From Nemertoderma westbladi (lineage: Eukaryota > Animalia > Xenacoelomorpha), in the NCBI GenBank assembly GCA_032718475.1, contig JAUCBJ010001093.1, forward strand, positions 1-64,000: DNA of 64,000 nucleotides, read 5' to 3'. Shown piece after piece: positions 1-12,306 of the stretch. The notes under the pieces are model-generated. The model made no database searches. It was not told where the DNA came from and worked only from the letters and a program-made list of their open reading frames with translations. Numbering within the stretch: position 1 is the first letter of the stretch; the number at the start of each line of letters is the position of its first letter. The translations under genes were made by a program, and so were the position numbers.

Positions 1-607
1 CTAGAAGACATTCTAATTTGGCGGGTTAAACTGCCAAAGGTCTGAAAGCGCGAACAGGGGGGGGGGGGGGGGGGGGGGTGCACCGATTTATTAATTCACT
101 AGGTGCTTCAGTCAGCAAACGTTAAAAGTGATATTAGTTATGTTGAGAGATCAGACCGATATTTGGAAGTAAACAACAAAAAGTTCCAATTTGAGAATAA
201 AATTACGTATTACACGGTGAGAGAAAAACGTACAATATATTTTTTCAATTTATAAACCTATATTAACCTCGCTGGCGTTCGGTAAATTAAATTCCACGAG
301 AACATGAGACATAGTATAGATATACACCATGAACCGTAATATAATGTCTCTCTGACGACCTCTCTGAGCATGGTTAGAGTGGTAGTTCCCGTAAATAACA
401 TACAGTACGGGACTATGTTGGTGGTGGTGTTAAAATATATACTAGTAAGAAAACTTACTGCATTAGCTTGATTAGGTCGTTGGACACAGATATGTCCGGT
501 GCTGTACAAAGGCAGTACAGCAGTAATCAGACATAACTACTAGTCTCAATAAAATAACAGATATTTTATTATTTTGTTATCTTGGGTTATTATCATATAA
601 CCACACA

Positions 608-619
608 TGGCGCTGCGAG
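608..619 (+). promoter_or_regulatory. Primer binding site (TGGCGCTGCGAG)
   Basis: TGG directly follows the LTR-terminal CA. It resembles the tRNA-Ser-type PBS of Mag-clade elements; the tRNA identity is inference. Confidence 0.7.
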
Positions 620-860
620 TTACCGGTATACTGCCTACCTGCGACCCTCGCACACGCGTTTAACCGCGGCTATCTGTCGGAACGTGGAGTAAACCGACTA
701 CGACTTTTTCCGTCTACGAGCTCACTGCCTGACGCAGTACATGCTCCAGCAATCTCAAAAAAGGGGGGTATTGCTGACGGTTACTTACACACAGTCGTCA
801 GTCAGACGACAGTCAGTCCTGTGTTGTCACGGTTCTACTTTCCACACTATCTCCGGTACG

Positions 861-2682
861 ATGGCCGAGGTTCAACCCACCGCTGGAACTCCTCCAGTTT
901 TAGATTGGACGCAACTCTTTCCTGAGGATAAGGAACAACTCAACCGGCAAGATCTGATCGGGTTTTGCATCTCTGCGGGTATTCCAACCAAGGGGAGACC
1001 ATCGGTCCTGCGTCACTTCGGAAAAAACTCCAGGCTCGGATCGCCGAAATGGAGGAAGATTCGGATACGAACGAAGAAACCTTTCGCGAACAGCCTACTG
1101 AGGCTCAACCTAGCCTCGCTAAACTTATGCAGTTTATGACGCAGCAACAGGAGGCGGCTAAACGCCGCCTAGAAAATCAACAACGAGAATTCCGGGAACA
1201 GCAACGGCGTTCAGAAGAAAACGCTCAACGCCGCCTGGGCGCGCAACAAGCCGCAGCAGATGCACGATTCCAGGCCCTTCTCGTTCAGTTTGGTCAACCT
1301 CAACCAAACCTCGCGGTACCGGGAACTCCCCAACCACCTGCGATCCCCATCCGACAGCGAACAATCGACATCGGCAACCTAGATAAACTCGATACCTCGA
1401 TCGAACTTCCCACCTTCCGTCGCTGGCGGGAGACATGGGACAGTAACCTTCACCGTCAGAGCGTGGAGAATTGTCCGCATGGTGAACTCGTACATACTCT
1501 TATTACTGCATTGGGTCCTGGACTTACAGATGTTGTCAAGCGCACTCTGGAACTCGATCCAAACGACGATGCAGTCGATATAACCGCCATCCTCGATAAA
1601 CTGCAACAGCACCTCCGCGCCAAGAGGAGTATTTCGCTCGATTGTATGCAGTTTCACAAACGCCGTCTGGGCGCCAATGAAAACTTTGACAATTTTTACC
1701 GGGCCCTCAGATATCTCGCCGAACTCGCTGAACTGTGTACTGAATGCTGCGATAATCAAATTGTCACACAAATTCTGGTCGGTATATATGATACCGAAAC
1801 CCAGCAAGATCTGCTGAAAATACTCCCCAGACCCACTCTGGAGGAAACTCGAACTCTATGTCAGAAATACGAGTCCAGTGCAAAGAATACGCAAGTACTG
1901 GGTAGCTGCCGCTCCGTTGGGAAGATCTCTCAGTACAGGCAGTGGGGGGGCCGCTCTCCAATGTCGCGCCCAAATGCCGGAAACCAACATCCCGGAAGGT
2001 CTTCCGGCCAACCCTCTACCCCGGTACCAGCTCCTAGATTTAATACATCCAAAGGGGATCGGGATCGTGCCCGCAATTGCGGAAACTGTGGGCACGAACA
2101 ACATCTAGGAGCAACCTGCCCCGCCCGAGGGGTAATATGCGATGGTTGTGGTAAAACTGGCCACTACAAAAAGATGTGCAGATCTGGTGGTTCAGCAAAG
2201 AAACCCGCCAGGTCTTCTGCCAACACAGTTCTTTCTCGTACTTCAATCAACCGCTTGGAGTACAGAGATGCTGTATGTAAACTCGATTACCTTGCAGTGT
2301 CTCTCGCAAACCCCTATACTGGTAAACTATTGGGGCAAATCCAACGTGCGCTTCCCGACAGCGGCGCGGCGGCAACTCTTCTAAATGAAGACCTTTTTCC
2401 ACGATTTGGGGGGAAACAAAAAGGATCTACTCCTATCCTCTAACATGGATTTGATCACCGCCTATGGTCTACCAATAGAAACTAACGGTCGCTTACCCGC
2501 AAGTATTTCCGCCGGAAATAATACCGCGAGAACTGAAATTGTGATTTCACCAGAAATCCAGGGGCTGATCCTTTCGAAATCGGTTTGTCAGGATCTGGGG
2601 ATCCTCCCCGCAGGTTTTCCCCAGCCCGCCTCGGTCTCCACGGTAACCATGTCCCCGTTGTCCATATCCCACGTAGATGCAT
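861..2682 (+). pseudogene. gag: Gypsy gag-protease, frameshifted
   Basis: ORF 965-2443 has CGNCGHEQHLGATC and CDGCGKTGHYKKMC knuckles and LPDSGAAATLL. The protease continues in ORF 2385-2684 (ILSKSVCQDLGIL). The likely N-terminus (ATG 861) lies in another frame. Confidence 0.85.
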
Positions 2683-3524
2683 AAACCTCTACGTACCAAA
2701 ATAAATAAATTTGTCCGCTGCGTAACTTTTTCACACTCTCAATCCTCCTCACTACCTCTATATAAATCTCTATCTATTTTGCCCCTTGAATTATTATATA
2801 AACATCAAGCAGCCCTATTCATGCACGATATCCATTATAGTAATATTATATCTAATACTAGCCATATAGGCAAATTATTCATAAAAACTGCTTCCACCCA
2901 CAGATATTTCACGCGTTCTGTAGCACATGGAAACTATCATGTGCCATCAGTCCGGCTAGACTCCTCGAAACGGTCCCTGAGATATCAAGGTCCCTTGATT
3001 TGGAACGACATTCCGCTAGCTGCTCGTGAATCAAAAAACAAAAATACATTTTCGCGTAAATTTAAGGAAATATTGTTTGCCTCTACTTAAATTTAAATAT
3101 CTAATTTTGTATGTCGATTTATTGCATAATCCACATAATTAAAACATAAATCAATACAATGCAGTAAATTTTCACGGTGCCATGTTATTATAGTAGCCAC
3201 CAAGGCCCTCAACTAAATTCGCAAAATTAGCTGAATAAGGTATACCCACGGACATTGTCACTGATTACCCCCCCCCCCCCCCCCCTCCCCCAACCATAGC
3301 CTCACCCCCCCCCCCACCCTACCCCCCCCACCCTACCCCCCTCCCCCCACCCTACCCCCCATGCTTTCCCCAACCCCTGGTTTCTCTAGCTGCTGTAGTT
3401 GGACTTTACTAGCTCTGCTATTGTCCGGCTACAGCAGCGCACTTTCATTCTTCCACTAAATTGTTAATGTAATCGTTAAAAGGTGCAGTTTGAGATATCA
3501 GAAGGAAATATACCTGATTTGATT
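2683..3524 (+). mobile_element. 5'-truncated LINE 3' end (CR1/L2-like) inserted into gypsy pol
   Basis: ORF 2677-3090 resembles a LINE ORF2 C-terminus (LPLYKSLSILPL...HRYFTR...SLRYQGPLIWNDIP...FSRKFK). The 3' end is TGATTTGATT. TGCAT flanks the insert at 2678-2682 and 3525-3529. Confidence 0.85.
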
Positions 3525-3529
3525 TGCAT

Positions 3530-5120
3530 CTTCGGCAACGGTTCTCCTCAACCGTTACGGGGATTGTTTTGACGATGAGGCCGCCCTTCTATCAATAATC
3601 CCGGGGCCGCCCATGCACATAAAACTCAAAGAGGGGGCGACACCTTATCATGTTAAGGGCGCAAGGCCAATCACTATGGCCCTACGGGAGGAGGTAAAAA
3701 CCCTCCTCGACAGTTTAGTGCGCCGCAATATTATACAGCGAGTAGAGGAACCCACAGACTGGGCCCATCCACTAACTGTCACCCGCAAGCCCAATGGCAA
3801 ACTCCGACTTTGCGTGGACTTGCGCGGACTAAATTCTCAAGTCGAGCGACCCTATTACCCAACACCGCATCCTCGCCTCAAAATCGCGGAGATTTCACGA
3901 ACTGCGAAGTTCTTTTCTGTGTTTGACGCCGCCCATGGCTACTGGCAAGTCCCCCTAGATCCTGAATCCCAGTTATTAACTACCTTTGTCACACCATGGG
4001 GGTGGTACAAGCACACACAGAGCGTGATGGGTTTAATCTCATCTGGAGATGAGTTTAATCGCCGGGGCGACATACGCTGGAAGGTATTCCCAGGATGTTT
4101 AAAATCGTTGATGATGTACTACTGTATGACGACACCCTGGAGGAACATCTGGCATCAATCCAACGCTTCTTGGAGCGCTGCCACTCCAAGGGGATCTGCT
4201 TACACCCAGATAAGGTCCAGCTCGCCAAATCCCAAGTTAATTTTGGGGGCTACCTCGTGGGAGCAGATGGAATCCGTGCTGATCCCACCAAACTGTCTGC
4301 CATCGCCTCCTTCCCCCCTTCCCCCCTTCATTGGACTGGTGGAGCAATTAGCTCCATTCTCCGCCGAGATATCGCAGATGCTCCTGCCTCTGCGCCCGCT
4401 ATTGTCAGCGAAATCTCCATATATCTGGAACTCAGACCACTCACGAGCCTTTGAGGCCACAAAGGTTGCACTCACTTCGCCCCCAGTACTCGCCCCTTTC
4501 GATATTTCCCTCGAAACAAAACTAGTAACCGACACCTCCAGGCTCAAAGGGCTTGGCTATGCCCTTTTACAACGCCACGGAACAGACTGGCGCCTCATTG
4601 AGTGCGGGTCTAGGTTCATTTCTCAGACAGAGTCCCGGTATGCGACCGTCGAGCTGGAGCTGCTCGCTGTCGCATGGGCAATCAAAAAGTGCCACAACTA
4701 CCTCCAAGGACTCCCCATCTTCACTTTGGTGATGGATCACCAGCCTCTGGTGACAATCCTCGACCGGAAAAACTTTTCCGAGGTGGAGAATGCCAGGATT
4801 CAACGGCTGAAATCTCGGCTGGCCCCATACAACTTCCAGACCAGCTGGGTTAAAGGGAAATCTCACTCCATCCCCGACGCGCTATCACGATCCCCCGTCG
4901 ATCAGCCGACACCCGCCGATCTCATCGATGACGGCGAGACATCCTTCTGCCTCCACTCCATCACTCTCTCTACAGTTTCCGCCATCTCCGGGTCCGACCA
5001 TCTCGAAGACCCAATCCTCCAGGATCTCGCCACAATCGCTCGTGCTGATCCTGCATACATGGCCCTCCATGCTGCAGTACATGATGGATTCCCCCTCCAT
5101 ACACGCAACGACCCTGCAGG
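3530..5120 (+). pseudogene. pol: Gypsy pol fragment (RT + RNase H), frameshifted
   Basis: RT motifs WAHPLTVTRKPNGKLRLCVDLRGLN and FDAAHGYWQVPL; IVDD is in the shifted frame 4095-4454. RNase H motifs TDTS..GLGYALL, ELELLAVAW and DHQPL. Confidence 0.9.
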
Positions 5121-5307
5121 CGTTCACACTACCGAGTCAAAGTCAAAATAAAATAAATATAGTTATAGCTAGCGATAATAAATAATAATACATTATATAG
5201 GCCTAATAAAATACATAAGGGGATTCTAGAAAAAATTAAATTTCAAGTTTTGTGATTTACATTTTTTCTTTTGACTTTGACTTTGACTCGGTAGTGTGGA
5301 CGTGGCC
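5121..5307. mobile_element. PIF/Harbinger-like MITE
   Basis: About 27-bp inverted repeats: CGTTCACACTACCGAGTCAAAGTCAAA and TTTGACTTTGACTCGGTAGTGTGGACG. The right end is GTGGCC followed by TAA; the left outer end is damaged. Confidence 0.65.
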
Positions 5308-5413
5308 TAAGTCAGCGTATGAGTTAAAAAGTACAATTATAGGAATTGCTGTAACTATGGAAGAAATAGTAAAATACTGCAGTTCAACTTATTCTGTTAT
5401 AATTTGGCTAGAG

Positions 5414-6007
5414 TTCCGTATAACACTACATTTTTAAAACATTTATCATTGTTACTATGGGAATGTTGAAGAGTTCTAGAACAATAGAAAAGTATTCTAT
5501 ACTATTCTAGAACATAAATAAAATAAAACATAATGTTCTAGAAAATATAGCTAGATTTTTTTATTTTAAAATAGCTAGTAAATTTAAAAAAAAATTTATT
5601 TAATTACTAATTTCTGAATAAATAATACTGATGTAACTAATTTGTTTATTTTCCATTGGATATTGGCTTTTGTTGGCCTTTGAAATCTCATGGAATCCGT
5701 TTATTTTTCCTTTTTTTATGTGTCACCTCCACATGTATTCTGTCAGTTTTTCTAAGAATTTATCTTAGTAGTTTAATACACAGCTCTGGCTTCGTATATT
5801 TTTCTTATTTTTCTCCGTACCTGTCTTTTAATTGCCATAATTTGACTTTTGGGTATTTCAAACTTCAAAGATGTTTTGAATATTTTTTTTAATAGCTAAC
5901 TAGCTATATTTTCTAGAACATTATGTTTTTTACTTTATTTATGTTCTAGAATAATGTGTAATATAGATATTTTGTTCTAGAACTCTACAATGTAGTGCCA
6001 TACGGAA
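5414..6007. mobile_element. AT-rich MITE, family copy 1
   Basis: TIRs TTCCGTATAACACTACATT and AATGTAGTGCCATACGGAA, with internal GTTCTAGAAC palindromes. A related copy lies at 7958-8334. Confidence 0.7.
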
Positions 6008-6056
6008 TTGTTATATATAATTTTCGTTGGGCACAGCTGCGCATATTCGGCAATGA

Positions 6057-6125
6057 CATCCAGGTGGGATCGAACTGATGACCTCCAAGTTGTAAGTCTG
6101 GCGTTCTAACCATTCCTATAGCGGT
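6057..6125 (-). pseudogene. Degenerate tRNA-like sequence (Val-TAC-like loop), probably a SINE head
   Basis: The minus strand has TGGTTAGAACG (A-box/D-arm-like), a CTTACAA anticodon-like loop and GTTCGATCC (B-box/T-loop). The acceptor stem does not pair cleanly. Confidence 0.5.
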
Positions 6126-6171
6126 ATTGGTAAAAAGTCGCAAAGTCGCCTTTGTTGTTTTTAATAACTAT

Positions 6172-6315
6172 TTACATCATTGTGTACAAAGTACCACTTT
6201 ACAGCGTTATGACCCGAGTTTATTTATGTAACGAGCGAGCGCAGCGAGGAAGGTTAACATAAATAAACAAGGGTCTATAACGCTGAAAAGTGACCTTTGC
6301 AAGCAATGATGTAAG
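6172..6315. repeat. Long imperfect palindrome centred on CGAGCGAGCGCAGCGAG
   Basis: Arms TTACATCATTG..AGCGTTAT..GTTTATTTATG and CATAAATAAAC..ATAACGCT..CAATGATGTAA. A related copy with the core inverted lies at 11862-11990. Confidence 0.75.
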
Positions 6316-6318
6316 TAA

Positions 6319-6716
6319 TTTTGTTACATTATGTCAACTTATAAGCGTTCGGTATGTGATGAAAGGATTTTATGGATACTTATTTATACATTTTAATTAC
6401 GTACTACTTCGAATATAAGTGAAATAAGTAAAAACACAGTATTAATTATACATTTAAATCTAATTAAAGTCTATTGGAAGTTATCTCCAGCATGGATGTG
6501 ATAAATCATCAACACATCTTGACTGTAGTCGACTGAAGCAATCTTAGTCACCGTTTGTGTCCGTTCAGTAGCTAGTCCCGTCACTGCAAACTGGATAATA
6601 AAGTAGCACTCATTAACATAAATGGAAATAATACATTCTGGAATTGGTGGTTGTTTCCATGTCATTGATTACTTTGCACCGTTACGAGTAATTCACATTG
6701 ACATAATGTAACAAAA
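6319..6716. mobile_element. Segment bounded by 19-bp inverted repeats (MITE-like)
   Basis: TTTTGTTACATTATGTCAA ... TTGACATAATGTAACAAAA. Confidence 0.55.
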
Positions 6717-6885
6717 AAAGTTTTTTACCGAATCGCGACTGTATTGTATGTTTGCAATGGCACTAGCGAGGCCTGATAGCTTATTTTTCATTTCTAGAAA
6801 TGACTATATATTTTCATGCATTTTCCAATAGTTTTTATCAATAATTGATAATGCTTTTAGTACTAATTTAGTAAATGTTACTACA

Positions 6886-7695
6886 GGTACTACTGTGTTT
6901 TCGGCATACCCGAACCAAATTTTTAAAACTAGCTACACATTATTTGTTGCCTCTTTTTTCAATGTTCTAGAACGTATTGTCTATTCATTTAATTTAAAAA
7001 TTTTGTTTTAAACATTTCATAAAAAAAACAAGATTATTTGTTAATTTTTTAAATTTCATTTTTATTTTTTCTTTGTTCTTCGTTTCCTTATCTTCCGTAT
7101 CTTTGTTTCCTTAAAATTAAATGTGTTCTAGAATAGTCAATCAATTTTGCTAGCTCATCCAATTGAAAACACCATTTTGTGACATGATATTTTCTGGGCG
7201 TAAAATAAAAATATTTGATGTTAGCTTATAACACATGGCTGATATTATTCTTTAAAATATATGTATAAAATATTTAACCTAAAATATTTTTACTGGCTGA
7301 TAAATCTACTAGCGCGCAATTAAAATTACAAGCTATCATGAGAATTTGTGGTTGTTAGGAATTGTTTTTAACACAAAAAAAAAGTAAAAAAACACACTAA
7401 AAACACATTTTTTAAAGTGTTTTTTTTTTATTTATTCCTGAACATTATTTTTTTAAAAATGATTAGACAATATTAAGTTCTACAACATTTTTCGAAAAAG
7501 TAACAAAAATTAGCTCGGAAAACAATTAAAAAACCGAATTAATTTAAAATGTTCTAAAACAACAATTATTTGTTCTATAGAAAATTACAAAAAAATGAAT
7601 GGACAATATGTTCTAGAACTTTTAAAAATAAAAAAGTAACAAAAACTAGCAAGCATAAAAAATTTGGTGGGCTGTGCCCAAAACACGGTAGTACC
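6886..7695. mobile_element. AT-rich MITE
   Basis: Imperfect TIRs GGTACTACTGTGTTTTCGGCA and TGCCCAAAACACGGTAGTACC. Another right-end copy lies near 11582-11613. Confidence 0.6.
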
Positions 7696-7957
7696 CATTT
7701 CGGATCATTCTTGTAACAATGGATTCAGACTCGTTTGAAGGAAGGAGGCCTTTAGTTTGTTTAGCTAGTGGCATCCATTTGGACGTGCAGACGCACCATC
7801 ACCGCCTACCATCGACAATAAATGGACATGGTTCTGTTTTTATATACAATCTAACTCAAACAACAGTTTAGCTACTAATCTAAAGTACACTAACAGCTAA
7901 GCTTATGTCATGTCAAAATGTTCTAGAATATAGATAAATCTAGCCTATAAGGTAACG

Positions 7958-8334
7958 GTTCCGTATAGCACTACATATTTATAACATAAATCATTGTTAC
8001 CATGGCAACAATGATGAGTTCTAGAACAAAATATAAACAATATACACTATTCTAGAACATAAATATAATAGAAAATATAATGTTCTAGAAAAAATATAGG
8101 TAGTTATTTTTCAAATTTAAAATAGCTAGTAATTAAAAAAATTATTAAAATTTTTTTTGTAATTATTATGTTTGGTAGCAAAGCGAGTGATAGAAATATA
8201 ACCTAGTCTTCTGGAGTATTGGAAAAAACTTGTTCTAGAACATTCTATTTTATTTATGTTCTAGAATAGTATATAATTATTTTATTTTGTTCTAAAACTC
8301 TACGTTTTTTAAAAAATGTAGTGCCTTATGGAAC
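7958..8334. mobile_element. AT-rich MITE, family copy 2
   Basis: TIRs GTTCCGTATAGCACTACAT and ATGTAGTGCCTTATGGAAC, the same family as 5414-6007. Confidence 0.7.
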
Positions 8335-8589
8335 TTTTTTTTACCCCCTCCTTCTAATTTTCCGTAACCTCATTTATGAACAGCCCCTTAGGCAACAATC
8401 GTCACGTTGATATCAAAATTGTGGGCAAATTTCCAGAATCATGTACAAATGAGGTGGAGGTTTAATTAAATATTCGTTGGATTCACTTGTTTAGTGACAA
8501 ATAAATAGTTCGTTAGTAAGAAACAGTTAGACGGTACGTATAGAGAAGCACCGATATCCGTTGATGTGCATTATTATTATTATCATTAT

Positions 8590-9398
8590 GAGAGGTAGAT
8601 TATCACGTAATGATGTTCTAGAATACAACGGCCAATCAATTGAATTCCAGAATACTTTCCAATGCCTGGGGGTTATTCTATCTACTAAAAATGGCGCACG
8701 TGGCAACTTCGATCATTTATATTCAAAAGGAGTCTCCAATTGTTTAATGATCGCTACCAAGGTGAATATGCGTATAATATCGATCGAATCAGCAAAACGT
8801 ATATGGCAAGATATCATACTGCCATCAACATCCTATGGCTGTAGCATATTCGCACACCACAGTGAAATCACACAACTGGACCATATTCGCCGCGTTCGGG
8901 CTTTTTACTGGAAGTTGTGGTGTGGAATTAGCAAGTTCTCATCATCAACAGCGATCCTCAATGCAATTGATAACCCCCTGGATTCTGGAATATACCTGAC
9001 TGGACTAACCGGATTTCGGCGTCGCTCTGCCGCGCTGCTTATATCGAACGGCTGCCACCACCGAATATGTACAAAAACAAACTGCTGGTGACCCCCAGAT
9101 GAATGCGTGTGTTGGATGTGCGGTTCCCCTGCAACTGCTAAGGAACACTACCGCGAGTGTACACGTATACCGCAGTGCACATCGGAGCTGAGGACAGCCC
9201 TATGGCTAACGACAACAGACAAACCATGTATATAGCCACCACCCCCCCCCCCCCCCCCCTCCCCGGACTGTCCGTATTTTTACCATTTAGTATTGTATTT
9301 TATTTACTTATTTTGTTGCATTCAGTTTTTATAGAGTCTAATCAAATATGTTCCATATGTTGGATTAAATATACAAACAATCATTATTATTATTATTA
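8590..9398 (+). mobile_element. 5'-truncated LINE 3' fragment
   Basis: YNGQSIEFQNTFQCLGVIL matches the LINE RT thumb pattern (usually FKYLG). A Cys/His-rich C-terminus is broken by a stop at 9091, and the fragment ends in an (ATT)n tail. Confidence 0.7.
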
Positions 9399-9538
9399 AC
9401 TTAAAAATAATACTAAATTGCAAATAAAACAATAGGTGTAGTCGCGTATTGAACTTTGACATTTTAAATAACATTCCGTTTCCGTTTCCTCCTTTTCAGT
9501 ATATCTCGAATTGGCACCACCAACATAGATCGTCACTG

Positions 9539-10045
9539 TCATCGACCTCTGGACGACGAGAGTTTTGTTCTCCTTCCTCCGACCCGCGTGTTTCCTCGGT
9601 TCTTCGTTGATTTCCTCGCCGTTCCGGTCCGACTTCGGGATTTCTTTCCACGGCACCGACAATGCGTTGGACAGCAGCATTTCCGCGACGGTTTGCACTC
9701 CGACCTGCTACGGGAACCGATTTTCTTTTTGATAGAATGTTTTTTCGAAGGAACAACTTTATCGGGGTAAAACTTTCTGGGGCATAGATTGGGAACTTTT
9801 TTTCCTTCATTACATTCCTGTACAAGATATTTGTAGATGGTAGCATAGCGTTCTTCCTGCATAGTTTTTCCGCATATTCCCAGCAACCATTTTGCAAATT
9901 TGGTGTAACTGCATCTGTTCAATTTAAACTGATAGATTAATTTGTCCTTTGTTCTGATCCCTTTGGCTTTAAGTTTCCCACCGTAACCATCACCAATTCC
10001 AGGAACACCACATACACTACTGCTGCACTCACTAGATTTCCCCAT
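9539..10045 (-). CDS. Intronless barrier-to-autointegration factor (BAF/BANF)-like protein with a basic, Cys-containing C-terminal extension
   Basis: VCGVPGIGDGYGGKLKAKG..QF..FAKWLLGICG aligns without gaps to the BAF core V..LAGIG..LGKKL..RG..QF..F.EWL..TCG (recalled sequence). The ORF runs ATG to stop, 168 aa. Confidence 0.75.
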   Translation of the reverse strand: MGKSSECSSSVCGVPGIGDGYGGKLKAKGIRTKDKLIYQFKLNRCSYTKFAKWLLGICGKTMQEERYATIYKYLVQECNEGKKVPNLCPRKFYPDKVVPSKKHSIKKKIGSRSRSECKPSRKCCCPTHCRCRGKKSRSRTGTARKSTKNRGNTRVGGRRTKLSSSRGR

Positions 10046-10395
10046 TTCCCTGTTAACTTTTTTACTATTTAACTTCCCCTATTCGTTGTCATCCAGCCCT
10101 ATTTTAACCAAACATTTAACATCCGCGCGGTACTAACATGTTTTTTAGAGAAACACAATTGCTGTAAAATTTAGGTAAAATTAAATGGTATTTAAATAGT
10201 TATTTAATTATCATGTAACAAATAAAATGTTGGAAACCAAAATGATTCACGTTATTATTATAGAATTGGCATTTATTTATATTTTGTTATGCAGTTTTGT
10301 TAGGGTAGAGGTGGGGTTCGTGGCACACTGCTGATGAGGAGAACCACGAATCCCAGGATTCAGTGTTTAAATCTCCGAAACCCTTTTATTTTTAT

Positions 10396-10690
10396 AAAAT
10401 TTATTACTTAGACTTACCTTTTTCGGCGGACAAAATGTCCTATATTTTTCGTAATTTATGGGATAGCCTATTTCGTGCAATACTTACCGGAACCTGTAGT
10501 TACTGTATGGTTTGGTGCAATTTTTCTTGTGGTAGTTGGGTTGGGTTTATGTAGCACTAAAATCGATTTGGTATTTTGTTTTGTGTTTTTTGATGGGCCT
10601 AGTGCCTGAGTACTAACAGTGGCCCAAGTGGCCCTAAATGCTAGGTAGTATCTGAGGGAATAGACCCCATGTCCTATTTTATTGTTTTAA
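10396..10690 (+). repeat. Dispersed repeat of about 290 bp; second copy at 21928-22206
   Basis: Near-identical TTTTCGGCGGACAAAATGTC...GTGGCCCAAGTGGCCCTAAATGCTAGGTAGTATCTGAGG at both sites. Confidence 0.85.
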
Positions 10691-12245
10691 TATGAATATT
10701 ACAATCCCTCTAAAGTCGTAGTTGTCAACATCTGATGACATTTATTTCTATGACACTTTTATCTATTGATATTTTATAGTATTTTTTGTGCTGATATTAT
10801 TAGTACGAACTTTTATAAAGTATAATGGGGTGAAAGTTATAAAAAATATAACAAAAAATATTCGCTTGTGAACAATAAAAAAACATATATTTAAAATTTA
10901 TACACATATATATTTAAAATTTCATAATATTTAAATTAAATGTTTTGTTTTAAAAAATATGTTAGGTAGTAAAATATAGGTACTGGTGAGTTATACCCCC
11001 CCCCCCCCCCCCCCCCCCTTCAAAACGTTTATTATTATTAATTTTTGCCAACATTTTTGGAAATGTTCTAGAATATGTCATATATGAAAAAAATAATAAA
11101 ATGTTCTAGAACAAATATTCTTTATATTACATACCGGTACTTGAAAATATGAGAAGAAACAAATTTTAAAAAAATTTAAAAAATATATTATTTTAAGAAC
11201 TTTTTACTAGAACAAAAACTATTTGCTGTAAAACTTTTTTGCAGTTAGGAATAGCTAAGATGTTCTAGAACATTAGATTGGAATCTTCATTCCAATTTTA
11301 AATTTTATTTAAATTATCTAACATGATCTAGGACATGTCCATAAAGTAAATAGCAAAAACTAACAATAATAAAAATGTTGAGGGGGTTTGTACCAAACAC
11401 ACCATCATAAACCAAATAGCTAACATGTTGTGGAATATTTTGAAAAAACTATAAATATGAATATTTTTTTGATGTACTAGAACAAAATATATTTGTTCGA
11501 GAACATATTTAATTTTAAATAAAATAGATAACACGTTTTAAAGATTATTAGATTAAATAGAAACTTAAAGAAGCTAATGTAAAAAATTTGGATGCCCAAA
11601 ACACAGTAGTACTTTATTACATATTATTACATTCCTGCAGTGATTTAGAGGGAGAGCAATACTTACTTACAGCCGATAGCTACTCTATATAATTGCTACA
11701 TATCTACGACATATTCGTAGTACTCAAAATAATGTTGTATTCCAGAAACTAATGCTCGGTTACTAGGGGTGCAAAAGTGAGAAACGGGGGGGCGGCCGCT
11801 AAAAATACCATATTTAAATTTCTCACATACCAATCCATCCATTTACTGTAACAAAATGTGGTACATCATTGTATGTAAAGGGCAATCATTGTATGTAAAG
11901 GGCACTATTCCGAGTTAATGACTCTCGTTTATTTATATCGCCCATCGCTGCGCTCGCTCGGTAAATAAATCAACTCGGATCATACCGATAAAAAAAACCT
12001 TTTTATAATAATATATAATCGTCCTCGGACGTGTTATAACATTCCTTGGACGAAATAATAGTTACTAGTACAAAATATCCGTACAAAATAACAAATAACA
12101 GTTCAATAAAGATAGTTGTTACACAACAAATCCCGGAAAAAATAACACCGAACTAATGTTGGTCTGTAGGGTTGTTATTTTTGTCCGCTATTTTGTTTTG
12201 TTATTTTTCCGCAAACCAACTGGTGTTGCTGAGGCCGAATCCCGC

Positions 12246-12306
12246 GGAAAATTAACTGTTTAAAATCCGAGGCCAAAGGCCGAGGATTTTAAATAGTTAA
12301 TTTTCC
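12246..12306. repeat. Hairpin upstream of the tyrosine recombinase
   Basis: 23-bp arms GGAAAATTAACTGTTTAAAATCC and GGATTTTAAATAGTTAATTTTCC (1 mismatch) around a CCGAGGCCAAAGGCCGAGG core. Confidence 0.85.

Larger units (their letters stand above)
371..5120 (+). mobile_element. Decayed, 3'-truncated Ty3/Gypsy (Mag-like) LTR retrotransposon; integrase and 3' LTR absent
   Basis: Putative 5' LTR ends ...ACCACACA at 607 (AATAAA near 548; LTR start is a guess) and is followed by a TGG-starting PBS, then gag CCHC knuckles, protease DSG, RT and RNase H in gypsy order. The element is cut at about 5120 by a MITE. Confidence 0.9.

Noticed and set aside
57-78. Long G or C homopolymers here and at many other sites as functional G-quadruplex elements
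   Set aside because: They are common throughout the window, their lengths are unreliable in assemblies, and there is no positional pattern beyond TE association.
6057-6125. Functional tRNA-Val gene
   Set aside because: Internal promoter boxes are visible but the stems are degenerate, so it is treated as a SINE head or pseudogene.
9396-9897. Two alternative-frame ORFs overlapping the BAF-like gene
   Set aside because: They start at non-ATG codons and have no motifs. The ATG-initiated frame with BAF similarity explains the region.
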